This document shows positions 18,101-25,955 of a stretch of DNA of 64,000 nt, one piece after another. Both the position numbers and the translations under genes were made by a program. Source of the stretch: Faecousia sp. (GTDB taxonomy: Bacteria; Bacillota; Clostridia; Oscillospirales; Oscillospiraceae); the NCBI GenBank assembly GCA_045650665.1, contig JAZRRL010000019.1, positions 8,454 to 72,453 of the forward strand, read 5' to 3'. A model generated the notes under the pieces. It had not been told where the DNA came from, ran no database searches, and saw only the letters and a program-made list of their open reading frames with translations. Position 1 is the stretch's first letter. Every line of letters begins with the position of its first letter.

Positions 18101-19233
18101 ACGTCTATATTTTGGAATGCCGGGCTCCCGGTTTGGAGGTTTACCCCGACAAGATTGTTGTAAAATCCAACGGCTTTACAAGCAAGTTCCCCATGCAGGA
18201 TGTGTTGCTCAAAGCAAGCTCTTTGGATGATCTGTATACCTTCGATTTCAACATTGATTTCATGCTTACAAACAAATCGTTGGATCTGAAGGCGGAATTT
18301 AACAATAAGCTGACGGAAGATGAGGAAAGTACCTATACCAACCGTGTTCCCGCAAACTTCGGTATGATGCCCATCTATACCACCCCCGCCACTTACGAGG
18401 TTAAGATCAACACCAACACCAATGAATACCTGATCGATTTTGCGGTGAAGGTCGCCTTTATTGACAGCGAAGGCATTGGTTTGAAGATGGAATGGGGTGC
18501 AAGAGAGAAGGACGCAGGCCTGCAGTTCCTGATTCCCAAGACTGTGGTCCTCAAGTCCGATTTTGAGATCAAGTCCACCCTTGGCACGGTTCCCGTGACT
18601 TATCGGGATTTCAACATTGGTCTGGAAGATATCGATCCGAACACCAATATCTTCAACTGGAAGCTGGTAGGCGGTTTTGATTTGGAAACCACCAAGCTCA
18701 GCTCCTATATTCCCGGTCTGAAGGATTATATCGGCGATCCCGCATTGCTCAAGCTGGATGATATCAAGGCTTCCCTTTCTCTGGGTCAGGCATACATCGG
18801 CGTGGAATGTGAAGGTAAATTCCTGGAGCAAATCACCTTGGGCAAGCTGGCCATCGAAGCCGGCAAGATCCCCTATACCTGCGAGCTGCTGGGTATGTAC
18901 GACCAAACTGCCATCGGCATGAAGGCCTCCCTCACCGCCGGTATTATCTGGGATACCCCCAATGTGGACATCAATCTTTCCGGTACCGGTATTCTCAATC
19001 TGCACACCCGGTTCTTCGGTATCGAGGTTCAGGGTATTTGTGATCTTGAGGTAGCATGGTGGATCTTTGAAAAAGAATTCTACCAGGAAGGCCGTGCCCT
19101 GATGGGCTTTATGAATGACGGCAATCGCTCCGCATTTGTGATCAAGGCCCGGGATACCCGCGCCAGCGGATCTCAGGAAGTATATCTGTATATCGACAGC
19201 GACGGTGTCGACTGCGGCATCAAAAAACTGTAA
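15157..19233 (+). CDS. Large membrane-anchored VWA-domain protein (TPR-like N-region, VWA, beta-rich C-region)
   Basis: Two N-terminal TM segments; MIDAS DTSGS, GGTN, LMSDG; AGGAG RBS before ATG 15157. Confidence 0.82.
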   Translation: MRIWFQIALGLIPAIIIFLSLTLSGLKKKGKDWLVHVIALSACTVAAVSLCVVGATVPKAKQGLTSEKQTELNLELAYAVASVGDFELADGIIDSMRASGAESSMVAECQALLYAAKGDAVSAKALLVKANMLEAVDDYDSLITLCDEAIAEDAVAMGSENSGKRGALMSVAADKISKKFKKSKVQDVAQALVDAEAVYQEFLLNDNLDTAKAADLANTIETACKKNSALRQIKEVRLCRLKLLVLSEDYSAIAQEISTNASFDELAIVAELYVNNVVTNKDFAPQYGKDYITIAQTVNKQLRNIEDKVLDESPEKKQELRNLIDRLDISQKSPAISRLKAELRAHADNVQSADRPKAYMQLARMEYTDGNDKEASQHISAALNTVGMSDDERFSTPMMEIVDSITDKENLEKVKNIAQYAEDVTKNSSDYIVVKSIEKAQQNAINGGGNAGNAADGSNTEDKRNPFEVFFADEASQKRNAFSITSVDASKFETVKLVVNVDPSISITAEELQKLIAIKDCGVNIENFTVEKVTYSGANIVLCCDTSGSMSGQPIEDLRNAVKQFVQSSSDIENIALVAFDSGTGPVYQFSAGKETIISAADSLYANGGTNMYGAVLESIQMFTYNENTLNFILLMSDGEDGVSPTMEQIENNVGAACKEKGITLFSLGLSSGVNVDYMNTFATTTGGYFVYINDSATMNDFYAKLRGQILNRYIITYEAKDTLRASRNVTVSLKDSINDNIVSDTKQYNMYGSDVDTSTDSHASSVIQLEGLSVSGLDTRRVYTNSNAITVDLLGTKFTSKMVFDIKLDGKLNYEGLAYEFIDEGTIRLTLPGGMACDTYDLVVNVDGKVAILPNELTVSSKEKERTTTFGNYIFTSDNRIDTENGVVLSGYVTMNGWLHFNGDVTITGDLNGYSIRVTDTAGSYIKYYKDSASGLAKSLANNNITIPIGPLGSFNIYNDTYSQGDSPTHRVDTVVIPVAYVYILECRAPGLEVYPDKIVVKSNGFTSKFPMQDVLLKASSLDDLYTFDFNIDFMLTNKSLDLKAEFNNKLTEDEESTYTNRVPANFGMMPIYTTPATYEVKINTNTNEYLIDFAVKVAFIDSEGIGLKMEWGAREKDAGLQFLIPKTVVLKSDFEIKSTLGTVPVTYRDFNIGLEDIDPNTNIFNWKLVGGFDLETTKLSSYIPGLKDYIGDPALLKLDDIKASLSLGQAYIGVECEGKFLEQITLGKLAIEAGKIPYTCELLGMYDQTAIGMKASLTAGIIWDTPNVDINLSGTGILNLHTRFFGIEVQGICDLEVAWWIFEKEFYQEGRALMGFMNDGNRSAFVIKARDTRASGSQEVYLYIDSDGVDCGIKKL

Positions 19234-19246
19234 AGGAGGGTAAAAA

Positions 19247-21163
19247 ATGAAGAAGCAATATTTACGCATTCTCATTGTTCTGGTCATCTGTGCTTTGTTG
19301 ACCGGTGGATTCCCTCTGACAGCAGCTGCTGCCACGGAAACTGCAGAACTTTTCACTTTGGATTCCACCCAGAATATGGGTATTACAGTCAAGTATGAAA
19401 CCGAAGCTCCTGCTGTGGAATTTATTGCCCCCGACGGAACAATTTACGGTGCGCAGGCCATTGCCAACGGCAAAATGACCGTAACCGATTCCGGCACAGC
19501 CTTGTTCTTCCGGATTCCCAATGCCCAGCCGGGTACATGGCAGATCCGTTACGACAAAAAGAGCAACACCAATATCGAGGTGGCTTACGCCCCCTACGTA
19601 ACCGCCTTGAATATTGATCAGTTTTCCTTCAATAAGGTTTCTGACAACACCTTGGATGTTCAGTTTTTGGTAAGTCACGACAAGCGCATCGGCTATGACT
19701 ATAGCATTTATGCCATCGTCATGGAAAATGGTGTAGTTGCCGGCCAAAAACTGCTCATGCAGGGCTATGGCAACACCAATGCACAGCAGCAAACTGTTGT
19801 TTATCTTGATTCTCTGGCTACTCACTCTAATTACAAGCTCATTTTGGAAGTAAATGCCCGGGAAAACGATATGCCGGTGTTTGATTCCATGATATCGGAG
19901 GCTACATTTGACTACACCGATCCCAATGCCGAAATTGCGCCTGAAGGTTTCCACGTGGAGATCGACACCGCCGGCTCTCTGCTGATCAAGTGGGAAAATA
20001 CAGCTGCTGCATTCCGAAAGGCCCTTGTTGCGGTTTATTTGAATGACGGGGCAGAGCCTGCCTACTACAACACCTTTGAATCCCACATTACCAGCACAGA
20101 AATTGCCCTGGATATGGCAACTACAAAGAACGTCCGCATTGATCTGTCTTACAAAGATTACAGCGACAAGCCCTCCCAAATTGCCAGCCGTTCCATTGAT
20201 ATGTCCCTTGCTTCCAAGGTGATTGTAAAGTGTGAGGACATCAGCGCAGCTGCTCAGGCAGAGATCATCTACCAGCTGGATCGTTTGCCCGGTGCACCTT
20301 TCCCTGCGGTTCTGACGGTCAATGGCGTCGCCCAGGAGCTTTCTCTGAAGGGAAATAACTCCTTCTCTGTGAAGCTGGAAGCTTTCCGTAATACATTGGA
20401 ATTGCTTTGGCGCTATGATGAATATACCACCTTCCGTATCGAGAAGGACATTTATTCCGACCGTCTGGCTCCCTCGCTAAATATTCCGGACGTGACGAAT
20501 AAAGTATTGACCGATCAGTCCTCCTATATCCTTACCGGATCAGTAGATCCCGGATGTACCGTAACTGTCAACGGCACGGAAATTGCCGTGGACAACAATG
20601 GTATCTTCACCTCTGAGCTTTCCCTGAAGGCAGGCGAAAACGTCTTTACTGTTATTGCTGTTGGTCCCAACGGCAACCGTACACAGCGTTCCATCACTGT
20701 ACAGTGGGTGGAATCCGGTGTAATCGGTGCCAGCGGTTTGATCGCCCGCTTGCTGAAATATGTACCTCTGGCTGCTTGCGCATTGCTGAGCATCATATTG
20801 AGCATTTTCGTGATCCGCTCCAGAAAGAAATATCAGGCCGTTCAAAGCGAAAAGGGTACACGAGCCGCTGTCTTTGCCATCGTAAACAGCAGCTGCGCAT
20901 TGTTGGTTGTTCTTGCCTCACTGGTAACTGCAGCTTTGGCCGCATTCTGGCTCTATCTGCTGATCCGGTCCAATTCCGCAGGATTCTATGATATCGTGGT
21001 TGCCGACGGTGTTAATCAGGCATACGAACTGCTGCAAACCCGTGATAAATACATGTGGAGCGCCATCATCTCTGCCGGATGTCTGGCCGTAACCATCGGT
21101 CTGCGCATTCTGTTTAAGAAATTGTCAAAAAAAGCTCCTAAAGCAAAAAACAACGATCAATAA
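19247..21163 (+). CDS. Secreted Ig-like/beta-sandwich protein with C-terminal membrane helices
   Basis: Signal peptide; LTGSVDPGCTVTVNG...LKAGENVFTVIA Ig-like module; C-terminal hydrophobic helices and basic tail. Confidence 0.72.
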   Translation: MKKQYLRILIVLVICALLTGGFPLTAAAATETAELFTLDSTQNMGITVKYETEAPAVEFIAPDGTIYGAQAIANGKMTVTDSGTALFFRIPNAQPGTWQIRYDKKSNTNIEVAYAPYVTALNIDQFSFNKVSDNTLDVQFLVSHDKRIGYDYSIYAIVMENGVVAGQKLLMQGYGNTNAQQQTVVYLDSLATHSNYKLILEVNARENDMPVFDSMISEATFDYTDPNAEIAPEGFHVEIDTAGSLLIKWENTAAAFRKALVAVYLNDGAEPAYYNTFESHITSTEIALDMATTKNVRIDLSYKDYSDKPSQIASRSIDMSLASKVIVKCEDISAAAQAEIIYQLDRLPGAPFPAVLTVNGVAQELSLKGNNSFSVKLEAFRNTLELLWRYDEYTTFRIEKDIYSDRLAPSLNIPDVTNKVLTDQSSYILTGSVDPGCTVTVNGTEIAVDNNGIFTSELSLKAGENVFTVIAVGPNGNRTQRSITVQWVESGVIGASGLIARLLKYVPLAACALLSIILSIFVIRSRKKYQAVQSEKGTRAAVFAIVNSSCALLVVLASLVTAALAAFWLYLLIRSNSAGFYDIVVADGVNQAYELLQTRDKYMWSAIISAGCLAVTIGLRILFKKLSKKAPKAKNNDQ

Positions 21164-21165
21164 TC

Positions 21166-21199
21166 AAAAAACACCTCTGTTTTATACAGAGGTGTTTTC
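21166..21199. terminator. Bidirectional terminator
   Basis: aaaaaacacctctgt-ttta-tacagaggtgtttt. Confidence 0.75.
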
Positions 21200-22048
21200 T
21201 TTCATCCATATTTCTTTTTGTTCTTCAGAAAGATGCGGTGTCAACACAATGATCTGCCGGTTTAATTGCAGTGTCCGTTGGATCAGGCTGCTGATATCTG
21301 TACTTTCGTCCAAAAATTCCAAAAAATTTTTGATCACCAACGGTTTTTTCACATGGTGCAGATCCCGGAGCGTTTCGATGCTTTCCCAAAATGCGGCAAT
21401 GTTTAAAAAGCATATATAGTGAAATAGCTTTTCTTCCGTTGTACTCAAGTGGAGCTCCCCGGAAAAATCCGGGCACACCGCCTGGAAGATTCCCTGATGA
21501 TCCAAAACGGCCAGATATTTCTTGCTGACATGGATGCGCTCAGGTGAAAATGTTTTCATATAGCGGTATAAATACGCTTGGAAGGTTTTTGTGTTTGTGA
21601 CCCCCTCACTTCTGGCACCAAAATTACTGGCTCTGCTGATTTCCTTGTAATTGCGGTATAGGTACAGTCGCATAGGCAGGGTTCTGTCCCTGCCGTCAAA
21701 GCTTTCTACAGCATCCTGCTCCGGGCAATGGGACAATGCGCTGCAATATTTATCTATTGCAGCATTCCCTTGTGCATCTGCCACCGACAGTTTTAATTGC
21801 CCATTTTCCACTGTTGCTTCCACTGCATACAAGGTGTTCTCCAAACAAATTTCAGCAACCAGGCGGGTATCTTTGTGTATCCATTTTCCTGGTATCCCCC
21901 ATTGCATCTTATTGCACAGTAACAATTGGATCATTGCAGAAAGTTCCGGGACAAATCTTGTCTCGATCAGATTTAGCTCCGGAGTTAACACAGCATCATA
22001 AAAAGAAACCGATCCAAAATTTCTTGCTGTAATACGCTTTATGACCAT
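21182..22048 (-). CDS. Hypothetical protein resembling a degenerate ABC/SMC-type ATPase
   Basis: MVIKRITARNFGS N-terminus; LSTTE, PLVIKNFLEFLD and QIIVLT at the positions of signature, Walker B and H-loop; no Walker A. Confidence 0.55.
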   Translation of the reverse strand: MVIKRITARNFGSVSFYDAVLTPELNLIETRFVPELSAMIQLLLCNKMQWGIPGKWIHKDTRLVAEICLENTLYAVEATVENGQLKLSVADAQGNAAIDKYCSALSHCPEQDAVESFDGRDRTLPMRLYLYRNYKEISRASNFGARSEGVTNTKTFQAYLYRYMKTFSPERIHVSKKYLAVLDHQGIFQAVCPDFSGELHLSTTEEKLFHYICFLNIAAFWESIETLRDLHHVKKPLVIKNFLEFLDESTDISSLIQRTLQLNRQIIVLTPHLSEEQKEIWMKENTSV

Positions 22049-22154
22049 AGCTGCAATTTACTTGATTTACACATACGTCTTACCTCGTCCACGGGAAATT
22101 CCCTTGTTAGGCTCACTATACCACAGATCATGTCCTGAAATCGGTACTTAACAC

Positions 22155-22185
22155 AAAAAGAACCGCAAGATTTGCGGTTCTTTTT
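22155..22185 (-). terminator. Terminator after WYL gene
   Basis: aaaaagaaccgcaa-ga-tttgcggttcttttt. Confidence 0.8.
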
Positions 22186-22188
22186 GAA

Positions 22189-23172
22189 TCAATCATATTT
22201 GTCCATACCTTTTTTCAAGGCATCCCGGATGCTGTTTCTCAAGTGCACCGGCTCCAGAATCTCCACATGGTTCAGGTACTGCAGCGCCCAATGTTCCATA
22301 GCGCTGGGGCTTGCCCAAAGGGCGATGCTCACCTTGTCAGAATCGGCAGCGGCCTGAATGATAATGTCCTTGCCAAACCAATCCACAACCTGATCCACGA
22401 TTTTGGCATCTGCAACGAATCGGATCCGTTCAGGCTCATCGGTGTACATATAGGGCATGGTGGTAGAGAGTTTTTTATAATCAACGCCGCTTTCATACCC
22501 GGGAATATCCCGAATGGGTTTTGCCGGCTTGTCATAAATGCGGATATTGCTGATGTGATCCAGTCTGTGGAAGGTCATGTTGCCCCAATAATCACTGTAA
22601 CCCATCAGGTAGTAGCGCTGATTGTGCAAAATCAGCTGATAAGGCGTAACACGCTGGAAAGAGGACTTGTGCAACTGCTTGTCCAGACCATATTTGTTGT
22701 AATCGTACTGCAGTTGCTTGCCTTCCTCGATAGCACTGTCCACCAGCTCAATGTTGTAAAACAAAGCGGGATTTTCCGTTTTATTCCACTCTTTCACTGT
22801 ATGGATATTTTTCACATGGGAACGGAAATATTTGTTGGAAAGGCCGCACAGCTTTTCGATGAGATCCGTAGATTGCCGGGCATTGATATGCTGGCTGCAG
22901 AGGATGCCATCGATCAACAGCTTCAGTTCAGAATCTTCAAACTCCCGGCTTGCCAGGAAACTGCCTGCCCGACGAGAGTCGATATCCACCCCTGCTTCCT
23001 TCAGCAGAGAAAGATTGCGGCCCACGGCTTTTCTCTCGATTACGATGCCATAATCCTTCTCCAAACGATCTACAATTTCATCCTGCGTGAGCGGATGGTC
23101 ATAGTCACTGTACTTTTGCAGTATCTGCCAAATGCGAATCAACGCAAGTTTCTTCGGTTCAAAGCTATCCAT
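22189..23172 (-). CDS. WYL domain transcriptional regulator (YafY/PafB-like)
   Basis: N-terminal wHTH (IERKAVGRNLSLL), VTPYQL..HNQRYYLMG, FHRLDHI, WALQY..HVEILEP. Confidence 0.9.
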   Translation of the reverse strand: MDSFEPKKLALIRIWQILQKYSDYDHPLTQDEIVDRLEKDYGIVIERKAVGRNLSLLKEAGVDIDSRRAGSFLASREFEDSELKLLIDGILCSQHINARQSTDLIEKLCGLSNKYFRSHVKNIHTVKEWNKTENPALFYNIELVDSAIEEGKQLQYDYNKYGLDKQLHKSSFQRVTPYQLILHNQRYYLMGYSDYWGNMTFHRLDHISNIRIYDKPAKPIRDIPGYESGVDYKKLSTTMPYMYTDEPERIRFVADAKIVDQVVDWFGKDIIIQAAADSDKVSIALWASPSAMEHWALQYLNHVEILEPVHLRNSIRDALKKGMDKYD

Positions 23173-23205
23173 AGGGATTCTCCTTTCTCTATTGGATGGC
23201 GTGTT

Positions 23206-24687
23206 TTATTTGCAAACCTCGATTAGCTTTTCCCAGACCTTCACCATGGCATAGGTGTCCAGTCCGCAGTATTTCAGCAGTTGCTGTCTTGTGCGTTCCA
23301 GTTCTTCCGGGCTCATTTTCTCCATTCTTACAAAGGCCGCAGAGGCCTCGCTGCCGTTGTGGACACCTTCCAGATTATGATAATTCAGCTCCGCGTTATT
23401 GGGGAACAGCGCAGGCAGCACATATTTGATGGAATACGAGCCCTGCATATCCCGGCAGTAATACCACTTTTTTTGGAAGGGGACCATCAAATCCACAATA
23501 TGGTCGTGAATGTTCATCAGGTGTTCCCGCAGGTCGGGATACAACTCAGCAAGGCCCTTGATCCGACCCTTTTCAAAGCCCATATTGTAGGCAACTGTGC
23601 ACACATCCTTGGGGATGTCTGTACAAAGCTGCTCTGCCAGTGCCCGACGGGGGTCTTTCCCCGGATATGCCAGAAATTCCTTGTGTTCCAGTGTGCCATT
23701 CTCCTGCTCAATATAGTGCAAGGAGTACTGGAATACGATCTGCTCATAGGGCCGGACATCGTCATAGGGAGGAATTGCGGATTGGAAGGATTCAAAATCC
23801 AGAAAATACAGCGGGAAGGTCAGCTTTTTCATGAAATCCCGCAAATTTGACAGTTCAATATGGGGCGGGCAGGGGTACAATTCATGCTCAATCTGCAGGT
23901 ACTGTTTCGGCGAAAGCAGGTCGCAGGTGTTCAGCTCCTGAAAGGAAACGATTCCCTGATTATAGCACTTAAACATCGTTCGGCCCTGCGCACCGGCAAG
24001 ATCAAACACATTCGGCTTGGGCAGATCCTTGGTACAGTGACCAAAGAAACCGCAGTCATAGGGCGCAAAGCAATGAGGGCCAATATCATCTGTAGGCTCT
24101 TTTTCCTGCGCCATATAGGTGCGAAAATAGTCGATATTGTTTGCGATCTCCTGCTGCAAATCCAGTGCGCTGGCAGTAATATCCACGATCTTAAACAATT
24201 CGTTCAGCTCCAGATCGCCCTTGCGCAGGTATTTGTTGTTAACATGTACAATGCTGCAGGAGGCCACCGGATAGCCCAACTTACTCAGTACATAGTACTG
24301 GTATGCTGCGTCATGATGGTAAATTTCCTTGACCTCGGTGGAGCTCTTGACCTCATACAGGGCAAATTCCCCACTGGGAAGGCGCTTCAGGATATCTACG
24401 CTGCAGAACAGCCCGTCCACAGAGAAGGAAGCCTCTGCAATAATGGGCGTCTTCTGCTCCATGAGCTTGGCTGTGGTGGAGATCATCTCCCCCAGATCAC
24501 CATAGGGAACTTCCACATAGTCACCAAACAATCCCATCGCCAGATCGCCAACAGCCAGACCGGTTTCCAAAACCGATTGGTTCATGCAGGAAGCGTCAAA
24601 GGCATCGGGATTGTGCTTCATCAGCCACAGCATTTTGGGACATTGCAGCCCTGAGCAGTATTTGGATTTGGAAAGGCTGTATTTCAT
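23206..24687 (-). CDS. DUF2779-like protein: PD-(D/E)xK nuclease-like N-domain plus RNase H-like exonuclease C-domain
   Basis: LSKS..QCPK.LWL; VDIL...YEVKSS; HC...CGF..HC; LDFES, YNMGFE, YCGLD; AAGGAG RBS before ATG 24687. Confidence 0.8.
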   Translation of the reverse strand: MKYSLSKSKYCSGLQCPKMLWLMKHNPDAFDASCMNQSVLETGLAVGDLAMGLFGDYVEVPYGDLGEMISTTAKLMEQKTPIIAEASFSVDGLFCSVDILKRLPSGEFALYEVKSSTEVKEIYHHDAAYQYYVLSKLGYPVASCSIVHVNNKYLRKGDLELNELFKIVDITASALDLQQEIANNIDYFRTYMAQEKEPTDDIGPHCFAPYDCGFFGHCTKDLPKPNVFDLAGAQGRTMFKCYNQGIVSFQELNTCDLLSPKQYLQIEHELYPCPPHIELSNLRDFMKKLTFPLYFLDFESFQSAIPPYDDVRPYEQIVFQYSLHYIEQENGTLEHKEFLAYPGKDPRRALAEQLCTDIPKDVCTVAYNMGFEKGRIKGLAELYPDLREHLMNIHDHIVDLMVPFQKKWYYCRDMQGSYSIKYVLPALFPNNAELNYHNLEGVHNGSEASAAFVRMEKMSPEELERTRQQLLKYCGLDTYAMVKVWEKLIEVCK

Positions 24688-24721
24688 GCGATCCACTCCT
24701 TATATGTATATTGGTGGAAAA

Positions 24722-25873
24722 TCAATCTATAACGCCAAGCCCCTTGGCAATAATGGTGATGAAATCCTGCACGTTGGTCACGATGCCAACGGAAGAAAGG
24801 CTGCCACGGTCGGAAAGCTTATTCACAGCAAATTCAGAAGCATCCACGCAGTACAGGAAAACCGGCCGGACAGTGCCATCGTCGGTTACGGTAAAGGAAG
24901 GTGTCATGTTGCCGGTTGCAATGGTGTGCAGCATGGTGGCAAGGCAAATGACCGTTGTTGCATTCTTAACCAAAGAACGCATGGCGTTCTGTCCCGCATA
25001 GGCATCGCCGATGACCTCGGGCAGCGGGCCGTCATCCCGGATAGAGCCCGTTAAAACAAAGGGTATATCGTTTTTAACAACGCTGTGGATAATGCCATTG
25101 TCGATTTTATATTCCTCAATAAACTTGGGGATAGAACCGCAGCATCTAACCTTATTGATCACGTCCAAATGGTTGTAGTGGCCATTGGGCTGGGATTTCT
25201 GGGTATAGATATCCTGACCCAGAGCGGTGTGCAGTAGTGCACCCTCCAAATCATGGGTAGCAAGGGCATTGCCGGCCATCAGACCATGGGCATAGCCATT
25301 GTTTACCAGTGCCTCCATGGCACGACGGGCATCAAAGTCAAAGGAAAAAGCAGGGCCCATGACCCAAAGAATGTTGCCATGTTCCTTTTCATATTTCAAC
25401 AACTGAATCAGCTTATCGTAGTCTTTGGCGAAAGAGGTTTCTCTGCTGCGACCCTGCCGGAATACAAAACGATCTTCCAGTTCTTCGGTCTTTTCCTCAA
25501 AGCCGTTGCAATGGACATAGATACCTTCTTCGCAATCCTCAGTTCTGCCGATAATAACCCGGTCGCCCTTCTTCAGGTTGCGGTTTTCCACCACCTGCAG
25601 CACGCCATCTGTACCGATCACTACAGAGGAGTCCATACGGCTCTTGGTAGCCAGCGTCCACTGACCGTCCAGCTTAAAGTATTCAGGGAACATGGACGTA
25701 CTGTGGAAATTTTCCGGTGCTACACCATCCATGGGCGTTGCTTCCCAGCGCACATTGGGAGCATTTGCAAACTTTTCTTTCCCAAAATCCGGAGCATGAT
25801 AGGTAGGAATAATTTTCTGCATAATTTTACCTTCTGTAACGTTTTTTGTAGTTTCTTCCGTTCGTTTTAGCAT
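24722..25873 (-). CDS. TIGR00300/LOR-SDH-like protein (AgrE/ArgZ C-terminal ornithine cyclodeaminase-like); start probably MQKII
   Basis: DGVAPENFHST, RMD, GNALATHDLE, GHYNH, PFVLTGSIRDDGPLP. Confidence 0.75.
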   Translation of the reverse strand: MLKRTEETTKNVTEGKIMQKIIPTYHAPDFGKEKFANAPNVRWEATPMDGVAPENFHSTSMFPEYFKLDGQWTLATKSRMDSSVVIGTDGVLQVVENRNLKKGDRVIIGRTEDCEEGIYVHCNGFEEKTEELEDRFVFRQGRSRETSFAKDYDKLIQLLKYEKEHGNILWVMGPAFSFDFDARRAMEALVNNGYAHGLMAGNALATHDLEGALLHTALGQDIYTQKSQPNGHYNHLDVINKVRCCGSIPKFIEEYKIDNGIIHSVVKNDIPFVLTGSIRDDGPLPEVIGDAYAGQNAMRSLVKNATTVICLATMLHTIATGNMTPSFTVTDDGTVRPVFLYCVDASEFAVNKLSDRGSLSSVGIVTNVQDFITIIAKGLGVID

Positions 25874-25955
25874 TGGCCACAGGCAAAGTCCAGCAGACCT
25901 TGTCGTGGAGCCAACCGCCCAGCCGTTTTCTGATGTGGCATTTGACAGGATTCAG

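Noticed and set aside
23206-24687. Cas4 / CRISPR adaptation gene
   Set aside because: Much longer than Cas4, carries an extra exonuclease-like domain, and no cas1/cas2 or array is in the window.
25875-25955. GC-rich leader upstream of the ornithine cyclodeaminase-like gene as a riboswitch or methyltransferase remnant (one frame reads LLDFACGQ)
   Set aside because: No convincing match to guanidine, ZTP, c-di-GMP or NiCo consensus by eye, and the ORF is only 24 codons. An Rfam scan would settle it.
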